In this document: positions 51,364 to 59,091 of the stretch, piece after piece
Layout of the letters: every line of letters begins with the position of its first letter
Numbering within the stretch: position 1 is the first letter of the stretch
IMG/VR virus record: IMGVR_UViG_3300025168_000089
Location: 1 to 61,151 of that record
Source of the DNA: a virus
Taxonomy: Duplodnaviria; Caudoviricetes
Direction: 5' to 3' (one strand)
Length of the DNA stretch: 61,151 nucleotides
Program-made: the position numbers and the translations under genes
The notes under the pieces: generated by a model
What the model was told of the DNA's origin: nothing
Database searches by the model: none
What the model saw: the letters and a program-made list of their open reading frames with translations, nothing else

Positions 51364-51711
51364 ATGGAAGAAGAAAAGATGAGAAGATACCTTATTATCC
51401 ACGAATCTGGAGGGGTTACGCACGAAGCCGTTCCCTTTAAAAAGAAGTGGGATTTAGATAAACTTCAAAAAAGTGTTCAAGGTGAAACTCCTAAGGGATA
51501 CATCGAAAGTGTAAAACTTAAAATCCAAGGTAAAAAGTATCAAGGGTGGGCTCACGAAGAAGCTTTACGTTATCGTATGAAACCTAATCTTAAAGCAAGT
51601 AAATACTATCACGCTTATCATTATGGTGAAGAAAAAATCGCTGAAGGTACGTTAGGTATTTGTGGTCCTGTTGTTGTAGAAAACTTTAAGGGAGACAACT
51701 TAACGGTATGA
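51364..51711 (+). CDS. DUF3846-like early protein
   Basis: LQKSVQG..YIE, HEEAL...PN.KAS, ICGPVVV; strong SD. Confidence 0.7.
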   Translation: MEEEKMRRYLIIHESGGVTHEAVPFKKKWDLDKLQKSVQGETPKGYIESVKLKIQGKKYQGWAHEEALRYRMKPNLKASKYYHAYHYGEEKIAEGTLGICGPVVVENFKGDNLTV

Positions 51712-51905
51712 CGGGTGAAGAAAGAAAATTAACCAAGAAAGTCGAGCTGTTAGAAGGTCGACTTTCTATTCGAGACCATGAGATTAAAGGATTAAATCAT
51801 ATATTAAATGAGAAAGTATATGATTTAATTAAACTCAGGAGAGAATTATTTAAACTTAAAGGAGAGCAAAATGATACTAATATTACTAGGATTAATAATA
51901 TTTGA
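51708..51905 (+). CDS. coiled-coil hypothetical protein
   Basis: ATGA overlap, GGAG SD. Confidence 0.65.
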   Translation: MTGEERKLTKKVELLEGRLSIRDHEIKGLNHILNEKVYDLIKLRRELFKLKGEQNDTNITRINNI

Positions 51906-51963
51906 ACTCGGTGCTATAATTTTTATGTTGTGGGGTATCGGAGAAAAGGTGTATAAAAAATGA
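51871..51963 (+). CDS. 30 aa single-TM peptide (not in ORF track)
   Basis: AAGGAG SD; MILILLGLIIFELGAIIFMLWGIGEKVYKK. Confidence 0.65.
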   Translation: MILILLGLIIFELGAIIFMLWGIGEKVYKK

Positions 51964-52373
51964 TTCACTTCTGCGAGAACTGTAAAGATTTATATACAAT
52001 AAAAGTCGCATTCGAAGGTGAAGAAAGTGAGATAGACTGTAATAAATGTACTTATGACCGTCTATCTCGCCGATTAGAATGTGGAACTCTCACTAAATTA
52101 TCAGATATACACGAAGGACAACGCATCCAGTTTCTTGATCATTGGCATGCTATTGAAAACGATGAATTAGATTACTCATTTAAAAAAGGTATCGTGAAAG
52201 ACTATCAACGTAATTATAAAAACGGGCATATCATAGGATATTCGATAGAGGTTCAACTTCTCGATTATCACAAAGAATTAGATGAGTGGGATAATAAATT
52301 ATTATTCACTGAGGCTGATGCGAATTGGCATGACAAGCTTTATGAGTTTATGAAAGTTATCGTCTATGAGTGA
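51960..52373 (+). CDS. zinc-ribbon hypothetical protein
   Basis: CENC...CNKC pair. Confidence 0.65.
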   Translation: MIHFCENCKDLYTIKVAFEGEESEIDCNKCTYDRLSRRLECGTLTKLSDIHEGQRIQFLDHWHAIENDELDYSFKKGIVKDYQRNYKNGHIIGYSIEVQLLDYHKELDEWDNKLLFTEADANWHDKLYEFMKVIVYE

Positions 52374-52824
52374 CTTATTAGTTATTCCCGAGTTTTTGCG
52401 TAAGTTAAGTGAAGATGAAGATAAACCTAAAAAAGAATGGATCTCCCCTGTCGAGGAAGAAAGTCGAGTTGAAAAACCTGACGGCACGACTTTAATCATG
52501 AAACGAGTCATTAAAGAAGGGTATTGGCTTATTGATGGTAAACGTGAAGAAAAGAAAAAGTCTCCCGCATTTCACGTCACGAGAAGTCGAAGTAATGGCA
52601 AGCAACGAGAGCAGTGGCTCATGGGCATCATTTCTCAAAACCCTAACTTAAATCGTGTGGAATTATATAATTATATTAAAGAGAATAACTTGGAGCCTCA
52701 TACGGGGTTCAAGGATCATAAAAACTATCAAGCACATTTACGAAGTATTTTGATACGATTAAAAAGAAATGGTATCTTAAGGTTAGAAAATAATAGATAC
52801 TTAATTAGAAGCAGAAAAAAGTAG
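52366..52824 (+). CDS. hypothetical protein, possible winged-helix C-terminus and FtsZ-tail-like N-terminus
   Basis: DLLVIPEFLRK; NPNLNRVELY...ILIRLKRNGIL. Confidence 0.6.
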   Translation: MSDLLVIPEFLRKLSEDEDKPKKEWISPVEEESRVEKPDGTTLIMKRVIKEGYWLIDGKREEKKKSPAFHVTRSRSNGKQREQWLMGIISQNPNLNRVELYNYIKENNLEPHTGFKDHKNYQAHLRSILIRLKRNGILRLENNRYLIRSRKK

Positions 52825-52832
52825 TATTTGAC

Positions 52833-53076
52833 TAGTTGTTACCGGTAGCTGTTTCAGTAAGAGATTATTAAACATTGATCATGTTAATATGTATTCTCTT
52901 GCGCAGCTCGTAGTAAGCGGCACTGAGGGCCTTTCTATAAACGAGGATAAATAACTAAGCAAAGCGAAGAACCTTACTTGAGTATCTATGAGACAGTACT
53001 CAAGTACCTAAGAGGCTAGAGATTAACCTTAATGAAAGGATCACCTGTTATTATGTGTACTCTAGCCTTGAAGGTT
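52833..53076 (+). ncRNA. candidate structured non-coding RNA 1
   Basis: No long ORF; seven compatible nested stems, several with G-U pairs on plus strand. Confidence 0.6.
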
Positions 53077-53095
53077 AAAAATAGAAAGGAAAAAT

Positions 53096-53293
53096 ATGAC
53101 AGATTCACATCAGATAATTGATCAACTTGAAGAGAAGATAGATGGATTAGAAAAAGATAATAAAGCTTATCGCAATTTACTTGTTTTTATCCTTCAGGGA
53201 TTAGATAAGCACTATAATGTAGAAGTTAATCACACGGAGAGTATTTTAGGTAGAATAAGGTATAAATTAGATTATATTTTAAATAAACAATAG
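53096..53293 (+). CDS. hypothetical protein
   Basis: AGAAAGGA SD, coiled coil. Confidence 0.7.
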   Translation: MTDSHQIIDQLEEKIDGLEKDNKAYRNLLVFILQGLDKHYNVEVNHTESILGRIRYKLDYILNKQ

Positions 53294-53304
53294 AAAGGAA
53301 AATT

Positions 53305-53481
53305 ATGTTAAAAACAGTTGCTATATTTAGTGTTACTATTACAGTTGCACTATCTACTTATATATTTAGTTATGATATATTTAATGCAAACGCCGTAGCA
53401 TGGATTCATTATATTATACCCTTTAGTGTCGGTATGATATTCGCAGGAAGTACCGTTATGCTGTATTTAGATAACTCGTGA
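53305..53481 (+). CDS. 58 aa two-TM protein (not in ORF track)
   Basis: AGAAAGGA SD; MLKTVAIFSVTITVALSTYIF...IIPFSVGMIFAGSTVMLYL. Confidence 0.7.
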   Translation: MLKTVAIFSVTITVALSTYIFSYDIFNANAVAWIHYIIPFSVGMIFAGSTVMLYLDNS

Positions 53482-53972
53482 ATATCTTTTATTTACATCA
53501 TCACCCGTTAGTCGCAGCTCAATATCATTGCGATAAGCATGTGCCTAAGATGATATTAGAATCAGCTCAGATGTTAAGTATAGTCGCACGTTCTAATGGC
53601 TTTGACGTTGGCTATAATATGAAAGTTAATGGAGCTTTCTCCAAGCATCCCTGCACTTTATGGACAGGGCAATCACGTAGGCATTACGATTTCTTATGTG
53701 AATTAGGTGATTATCTTTGCGATGAATTTTATTTACGATTTGGCTCTAAAGAGCATAAGACGAGAGCTACAATTACAGAACTTACTGCAGATGATATACG
53801 CCAAAAAATACCAGATACTGGTTGGCATGATCCACCTCAATGTATGCCTCCAGAATATAAAGGAATAGATACTATAGAAGCATATAGAAAATATTATCAA
53901 GTAGAAAAAGCTTATTTTGCTAAATATGTTAAAGGTCGTAATGCTCCATACTGGTTTAAAGTAGAAGAATAA
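53478..53972 (+). CDS. pyrimidine dimer DNA glycosylase-like protein
   Basis: MNIFYL, HCDKHVPKMILESAQML, HPCTLW, PPQCMP, AYRKYY. Confidence 0.85.
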   Translation: MNIFYLHHHPLVAAQYHCDKHVPKMILESAQMLSIVARSNGFDVGYNMKVNGAFSKHPCTLWTGQSRRHYDFLCELGDYLCDEFYLRFGSKEHKTRATITELTADDIRQKIPDTGWHDPPQCMPPEYKGIDTIEAYRKYYQVEKAYFAKYVKGRNAPYWFKVEE

Positions 53973-54029
53973 TTAGGTTTTTAATGCTTTAAAAAAATAG
54001 TATAATTAATTTTAACAGAAAGGAAAAAT

Positions 54030-54359
54030 ATGGACGAAGTTAAGAAGTTATCATTTAAGCAGTTATTGGAGTTGAATGCTAAAGCTTTACATAATAATAA
54101 AAACAGAAGTATTGATTTAGATTGGATTAAAGATAACGAAAATAAAATGTTTCCTATTGGTAAAGTAGATGGAACTATGTCTTATACGAGGTTTAGGGAT
54201 TTAACATTTCTAATACCTTGGAAATTTTGTCATAATGAAGAAGAATGGCGATGCCAAATTATGTATACGCCCGATAAATCTATTTGGTTAGATATGGATT
54301 TTAACGAATACAATAAATTAGAATCAGCAATTAAAGGAGAAAAAGATGCTACCCATTGA
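54030..54359 (+). CDS. hypothetical early protein
   Basis: Promoter plus AGAAAGGA SD. Confidence 0.75.
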   Translation: MDEVKKLSFKQLLELNAKALHNNKNRSIDLDWIKDNENKMFPIGKVDGTMSYTRFRDLTFLIPWKFCHNEEEWRCQIMYTPDKSIWLDMDFNEYNKLESAIKGEKDATH

Positions 54360-54498
54360 TAAATTCTGGAATCATGTATCTCATATACAACAAGCAATAA
54401 TCCAATCAGATAGTCAACAAATGAAGAACTGGTGGACTTTAAGGATACTTAATCTTATGTTAAAGTTAGAATGTTATGAATCTAAGGCGTTAAATTAA
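54346..54498 (+). CDS. hypothetical protein (50 aa, not in ORF track)
   Basis: AAGGAG SD; MLPIDKFWNHVSH... Confidence 0.65.
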   Translation: MLPIDKFWNHVSHIQQAIIQSDSQQMKNWWTLRILNLMLKLECYESKALN

Positions 54499-54504
54499 CC
54501 TGTA

Positions 54505-54699
54505 TATATAGAGGGCGAAATGATTTTACTGATTTTTCATTTTACTAAATGGCAATCCCTAATCCCAATCGTTAATTCTATATATCCACTACTAAAAAAT
54601 AGGGATTACTAGTGATATTTACAAGTAATCCCTCTAATCTTACGAGGCTAGACGCAATCCTGAGTCACTAACTCTTAGTTGTGAATTGGTCTCTATATA
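54505..54699. repeat. origin-like element with inverted and AATCC repeats
   Basis: TATATAGAG/CTCTATATA ends; AGGGATTACT/AGTAATCCCT; clustered AATCC words. Confidence 0.55.
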
Positions 54700-54713
54700 A
54701 TAAAGGAAAAACA

Positions 54714-54776
54714 ATGGATTTTTACACTATAATAACTATCGTCATATGCGGTACTATAATATTAATGTTAACGTAA
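54714..54776 (+). CDS. 20 aa hydrophobic peptide
   Basis: AAAGGA SD; MDFYTIITIVICGTIILMLT. Confidence 0.55.
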   Translation: MDFYTIITIVICGTIILMLT

Positions 54777-54843
54777 TAAAAAAATTGTCGTATATGCGTA
54801 AAAAATATATATATTATAAGTATAAGCAGAAAGGAGAAACAAT

Positions 54844-55215
54844 ATGCAAATACAACCTGCTATAACTGGCTCAGGACAAAAACCCGCAGCTAGAAAGACT
54901 ACTCCAGAGGCTAAGAAAGCCAATGGAAAACAAAAAGTAATTAATACTCCAAGCGAAAAGACTGGGGTATTAAAATATGATGGTGATGCTAGAATACAAC
55001 TAGCAGCGCCTAAAAACCCTAAACGAGTAGGGTGCTCTGGCTGGAAAAGATTTAATTTTTATAAAAATGGTATGAAGATTAAAGATTTCATAAAAGCTGG
55101 AGGTAAAACAATAGACTTAGACTGGGACAGAGAACGAGGCTTTATCGCTACTGAAGATAGAGACAAAGTAGGGTCACAGAGTAAGTCGCCAAAAGCAACT
55201 TTCAATTTGAAATAG
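54844..55215 (+). CDS. basic early protein, NxK(R/K) family copy 1
   Basis: KNPKR....WKRFNFYK...GGKTIDLDWD; promoter plus AGAAAGGAG SD. Confidence 0.8.
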   Translation: MQIQPAITGSGQKPAARKTTPEAKKANGKQKVINTPSEKTGVLKYDGDARIQLAAPKNPKRVGCSGWKRFNFYKNGMKIKDFIKAGGKTIDLDWDRERGFIATEDRDKVGSQSKSPKATFNLK

Positions 55216-55230
55216 TTGTGTACATGGCGT

Positions 55231-55420
55231 CAAAACATATTAATCTTGTTTTGTTAAAGATATGTTATTATATCTTTTTCCTCCGTAGAGTAGGGGGCTT
55301 CATGGTGGAGCCCTCTACAATTAGAGATTCAGGTCATGGGCAGCAGACGTGCTGTTAGCTGAAAAATGGAGGATAGTCCATTTGACCATTAGGCAAGTTG
55401 AAACGATACATACTACCTAT
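55231..55420 (+). ncRNA. candidate structured non-coding RNA 2
   Basis: Three hairpins followed by a three-way junction in a 285 nt intergenic gap. Confidence 0.5.
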
Positions 55421-55499
55421 AAAAGTCCCTAGATTTAATTTTGGTTTAACTTGTTATTAAAAAGTTTATTATTAATAATAACAATAGAAAGGAAAACAT

Positions 55500-55781
55500 A
55501 TGGTTTTATTAGTGTTTAAAAAGATTTCAAGAGTTACTATTTATGAGCAACATAAATTACCTCGTCATGTCTACAATATAGAATATTATGATGGAACTCA
55601 TGGTAAAGTTACTGAAGAAGATTTTGATAGACTTAAAGGTGAGCATGCTAAGCAATTAGCTAATGATAAGAAAAAGGCCGATAAGATTTATCAAGAAGAT
55701 ATGGAGAAAAGTGAAAGATCAATGCAAGCAGGCATGGAATCAGGTATTGATGCCTATAACGATATGAATGGAGATAGCTAA
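55500..55781 (+). CDS. hypothetical early protein
   Basis: Promoter plus AGAAAGGA SD. Confidence 0.75.
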   Translation: MVLLVFKKISRVTIYEQHKLPRHVYNIEYYDGTHGKVTEEDFDRLKGEHAKQLANDKKKADKIYQEDMEKSERSMQAGMESGIDAYNDMNGDS

Positions 55782-56160
55782 AATGGGATACACTAATTAC
55801 TTTAATCAAAGAAGAAATTTTAATGACGATGAGTGGAAACTTTTACAGGATGAAGTTACTTATTTAAATGAATGTGGAAGAATTATATTGAGAACAGATA
55901 CTCCACATGAAGTTATAGCTTTTGATGGTAAGGGAGAAGATACTTGTGAGACATTTGTTCTCGCAAAGGATTTATCTTTTCATTGGTTAAAAAATGACGA
56001 GATAACTGAAAAACGGATTTATGATAATTATGTGAAAAGAGGGCACTATTTTGGATTTTGTAAAACTCGTATGTATCCTTACGATATAGATGTATGGCAT
56101 TTACTTACTTATTGCCGTGTAATTTCTCCTGAAAATTTTAGTTGTGGGAGAGATAGATAA
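55768..56160 (+). CDS. hypothetical early protein
   Basis: MGYTNYF, CETFVL, FCKTRMYPYD motifs; true start may be the second Met. Confidence 0.75.
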   Translation: MEIAKMGYTNYFNQRRNFNDDEWKLLQDEVTYLNECGRIILRTDTPHEVIAFDGKGEDTCETFVLAKDLSFHWLKNDEITEKRIYDNYVKRGHYFGFCKTRMYPYDIDVWHLLTYCRVISPENFSCGRDR

Positions 56161-56223
56161 TTTTGTTTAATATTGTTCTTATTAATTTATTATTAGTTAT
56201 AACAAAAAGAAAGAGAGAATATT

Positions 56224-56451
56224 ATGATTACTAATGAACAAATGATTACTCAAATTTTGCGAAATATTCGTAATTTAAATAATCAAATAAATGGTAATAT
56301 AGAAATTTTATCAACATTAGATAGAATGTCTGATAATTCTATGAACTTACATGATCAAGTTGCTCATATAAGGCAAGGTCACGAAACATTAACTAACGGA
56401 ACAAGAAATGCTTTAAGTATTCATGGATTTAATGTAATTGAGGATGATTAA
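56224..56451 (+). CDS. hypothetical early protein
   Basis: Promoter motif and AGAAAGAGAG leader. Confidence 0.7.
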   Translation: MITNEQMITQILRNIRNLNNQINGNIEILSTLDRMSDNSMNLHDQVAHIRQGHETLTNGTRNALSIHGFNVIEDD

Positions 56452-56477
56452 AAAATAACAAAGAAAGAGAGAACAAA

Positions 56478-56714
56478 ATGACTTTTAGAACTTTTAGATG
56501 GACTTCTAAAGAATCATATAGCGAAGAAAAAGGTCAAGAATACCACTTCGATACTCATTGTCCTATGTGTAAGTCAAAAGATACTATCACAGTTAAAGGA
56601 CCAGACTTATTTAATTACAATATGGGAAAGTCTATTCAAGATGCTTTCCCATATCTTGATAGCAATAAAAGAGAAAAATTAATGACAGGCATCTGTTGTA
56701 TGGAAGAAGATTAA
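56478..56714 (+). CDS. zinc-binding hypothetical protein
   Basis: CPMC...IQDAFPYL...RE.LMTGIC. Confidence 0.75.
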   Translation: MTFRTFRWTSKESYSEEKGQEYHFDTHCPMCKSKDTITVKGPDLFNYNMGKSIQDAFPYLDSNKREKLMTGICCMEED

Positions 56715-56715
56715 A

Positions 56716-57003
56716 ATGTTAATTTATGGTATAATAATTAAAATGACACCAGAACAAATACATAATTTAGTCATAGCTTCTGATTTCCCTGTTCCAGAGG
56801 ATTTAGATAAAAGTAAGAGTGAGGGAAGATTTAAATACACAAATGATGGAATAGAAGATGATGTTGAAATATATAATTACACAGGCAATACATATTTAGA
56901 TATAAGTCAATATATTGGAGGAACTAATATTTTAATAGCAGGAAAACATTCATTAAAAGATTTAAAACAATATTACTCCTGGACTTATTCAACCTTTAAA
57001 TAG
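56716..57003 (+). CDS. hypothetical protein
   Basis: 95 aa ORF filling gap. Confidence 0.6.
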   Translation: MLIYGIIIKMTPEQIHNLVIASDFPVPEDLDKSKSEGRFKYTNDGIEDDVEIYNYTGNTYLDISQYIGGTNILIAGKHSLKDLKQYYSWTYSTFK

Positions 57004-57067
57004 AAATTGTTTAATTATGTTTTAAAAAGTTTACTATTAATAATAACAAAAAGAAAGCGAGAATGAT

Positions 57068-57325
57068 ATGAAAGAAGGACGATTAAAATATGCCGAACTT
57101 TCTAATTATGACGAAGAAGCTGGACCTTTACTTTTTGAGGGACAAGTCGTTGGAGATTGGAGAGAAGAACACGATAGTGCTTTAGGGACATATAAATATA
57201 TTAGCCTTAACGCCAAATTACCTATTAAAACAGAAGATAATATACAATATCAATTTCACGATCATTACTTTACTGAGCAAGATATTATTGATAACATCTT
57301 AAAAATAAGAGGGAAAACAAAATGA
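57068..57325 (+). CDS. hypothetical early protein
   Basis: Promoter motif upstream. Confidence 0.7.
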   Translation: MKEGRLKYAELSNYDEEAGPLLFEGQVVGDWREEHDSALGTYKYISLNAKLPIKTEDNIQYQFHDHYFTEQDIIDNILKIRGKTK

Positions 57326-57639
57326 AAGCAGAAGAAATACAAAAATTAGTTGTCGTAGATGTAAAAGATGACAGATTTACTGTTACTAAGAAAATAGGGA
57401 TGTGCAGAGAACTCGAACATTTTGCTACTGTGTATCATCTTTTAAATCCACCCCTTGGAAAAACCACTGAAAGAAATTTAACAAAAGTAGAATTATACGA
57501 TGGTTGGGAGGACACGATAGTTTATATGAAAGGTCATTTAACTCTCGATAACATCTCCACTTACCTTACTTACTTAACAAACTGTGTAGAAGATGATACA
57601 GAATTCCAGTTTAAATCTCCCGATTTATTTAAGATGTGA
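57322..57639 (+). CDS. hypothetical protein
   Basis: ATGA overlap, GAGG SD. Confidence 0.7.
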   Translation: MKAEEIQKLVVVDVKDDRFTVTKKIGMCRELEHFATVYHLLNPPLGKTTERNLTKVELYDGWEDTIVYMKGHLTLDNISTYLTYLTNCVEDDTEFQFKSPDLFKM

Positions 57640-57655
57640 ATAAAAATCTATACAT

Positions 57656-57686
57656 TTAACCTCTAATAAGATAAATTAGAGGTTAA
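57656..57686 (+). promoter_or_regulatory. hairpin sequestering the terS Shine-Dalgarno
   Basis: TTAACCTCTAAT / ATTAGAGGTTAA 12 bp perfect stem; GAGG in 3' arm, ATG 5 nt later. Confidence 0.7.
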
Positions 57687-57690
57687 TTTT

Positions 57691-58128
57691 ATGGATAACA
57701 TTATAGAATTTTCTGAGGTCGAGAATAAGATTTTATCTGACAAAGAAAAAAAATTCGTTAATAACATTATCTCTGGTTTACCTAAGAGAAAAGCGGCTTT
57801 AGAGGCGGGTTACGCCGAATCTTCTGCTCACGTACAAGCCACTCGCTTACTAAAGAAGGATAAAATCCTGAGGGCGGTGAGCCGAGGGCGTGCGGTCCAT
57901 CAGCAGCAGTCTATTCACACCTTAGACAAGGAGGTTGAGAAACTTGACGTGTTGTATGAGGCGGCCGTAGCGAAAAAACAACTGGGAGCCGCCGTCCAAG
58001 CTGCGAGGTTGAAGGCCCAACTCTTGGGGTACTTGGTTGAGAAGAAAGAAGTTAAACACTCCGTCCTTGACACGATGAGCGATGATGAATTGATCACCTA
58101 CCTTGACAAACTATCCTCAGCAGGTTGA
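57691..58128 (+). CDS. terS: terminase small subunit
   Basis: LSDKEKKFV...AALEAGYAESSAHVQATRLLK HTH; AVQAARLKAQLLG. Confidence 0.85.
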   Translation: MDNIIEFSEVENKILSDKEKKFVNNIISGLPKRKAALEAGYAESSAHVQATRLLKKDKILRAVSRGRAVHQQQSIHTLDKEVEKLDVLYEAAVAKKQLGAAVQAARLKAQLLGYLVEKKEVKHSVLDTMSDDELITYLDKLSSAG

Positions 58129-58129
58129 C

Positions 58130-58337
58130 TGTTGATGCGTGATTCACACACACAGGGACATCCACAACCTTCAGCAATCTCCGCCCTTGGCGGTTGAGTG
58201 TTGATGCGGGAGGCTTGAGCATTGAGCCGTCCTCCACCGTCCGCCCGCCTTGCGGCGGTATGAGGTGGCGGGAGGATGCGGTGGGAGGAGGAGTGAGGCG
58301 GAGCCAACCTATATATAAATATCAACATTTATCAACA
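58130..58337. repeat. GC-rich repeat block A
   Basis: TGTTGATGCG x2 (58130, 58199), GCTTGAGCATTGAGCC (58213), CCGCCTTGCGG, inverted ATCAACA x2. Confidence 0.75.
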
Positions 58338-58437
58338 AAAAGTTATTAACATTTATTATTTTAAATTGTTTCTTTTTGTCTAAAAAAATCGTATAATAAT
58401 CCATAGCAATAAAGCTATATAGAAAGGAGAACATAAT

Positions 58438-58824
58438 ATGTCTCAGAATAAAAAATTTCCTACTAGCCTTAAGGTGTTAGAAGGACGCGCAATAATGTTT
58501 CTTTTTGTTAACCAAAAGAAACCATCAGGAAAAGCTTACGCAAGATACGAGCACTATAAAACAGCGCACAGTATCGCAGAAGCGGTGGACCGAGGCTTTA
58601 CAGCTTTAGACATGCAATACGAAACGAAATCTAATGGGAGATTTAAAAAATTTGTTACCATGTGTTTTATCGAAGGCGTCAATATAACGAAAGACACCAA
58701 AGATATTTTAACCGTGGTTATCAAAAAGAATAGAGAAGTACTCAAAGAGTTACCGAAAGCTATTCAAGCCAAAGCACAGGCAAACATCGAGAAATTCGAG
58801 AAATTAGCCGCAGCTATAAAATAA
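58438..58824 (+). CDS. basic early protein, NxK(R/K) family copy 2
   Basis: NKKFPTSLKVL...VNQKK; TATAAT promoter, AGAAAGGAG SD, own terminator. Confidence 0.85.
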   Translation: MSQNKKFPTSLKVLEGRAIMFLFVNQKKPSGKAYARYEHYKTAHSIAEAVDRGFTALDMQYETKSNGRFKKFVTMCFIEGVNITKDTKDILTVVIKKNREVLKELPKAIQAKAQANIEKFEKLAAAIK

Positions 58825-58831
58825 CATTACT

Positions 58832-58863
58832 CGGGGGCGTCACACAGGCGCCCTCGTTTTTTT
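58832..58863 (+). terminator. intrinsic terminator
   Basis: CGGGGGCGTC-ACACA-GGCGCCCTCG plus T7. Confidence 0.85.
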
Positions 58864-58865
58864 GT

Positions 58866-58951
58866 GCTTGAGCATTGAGCCACCGCACTCCGCCGCCTTG
58901 CGGTTGAGCATTAAGATTAAGTCATTGAGCATTGAGCATCAACCCTCCGCC
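58866..58951. repeat. GC-rich repeat block B
   Basis: GCTTGAGCATTGAGCC (58866, identical to 58213), CCGCCTTGCGG, further TTGAGCA units. Confidence 0.75.
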
Positions 58952-58973
58952 TTAGACTTACGTGTAAGTCTAA
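58952..58973. repeat. near-perfect palindrome
   Basis: TTAGACTTAC-GT-GTAAGTCTAA. Confidence 0.8.
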
Positions 58974-59091
58974 TAATAAATAAATACAAATAATAAAATA
59001 TAAAATACTAAACCAAACTAAAATTTTAACGATTTTATATCTGTTTAAAACTAAAAATAAATAATTTATTATAAATATAGAAAGGAAAATT

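Noticed and set aside
52833-53076. tmRNA, tRNA or rRNA gene
   Set aside because: No acceptor stem, T-loop or CCA; no tag peptide ending in Ala-Ala; rRNA likeness limited to two short words
55332-55387. Hammerhead ribozyme
   Set aside because: CTGA present but no CUGANGA/GAAA core
58098-58328. 76 aa minus-strand ORF over repeat block A
   Set aside because: Open only because the block is GC-rich; low-complexity Pro/Arg/Ala product
58130-58951. CRISPR mini-array
   Set aside because: Repeats are 7-16 bp, irregularly spaced, with no uniform spacers or cas genes
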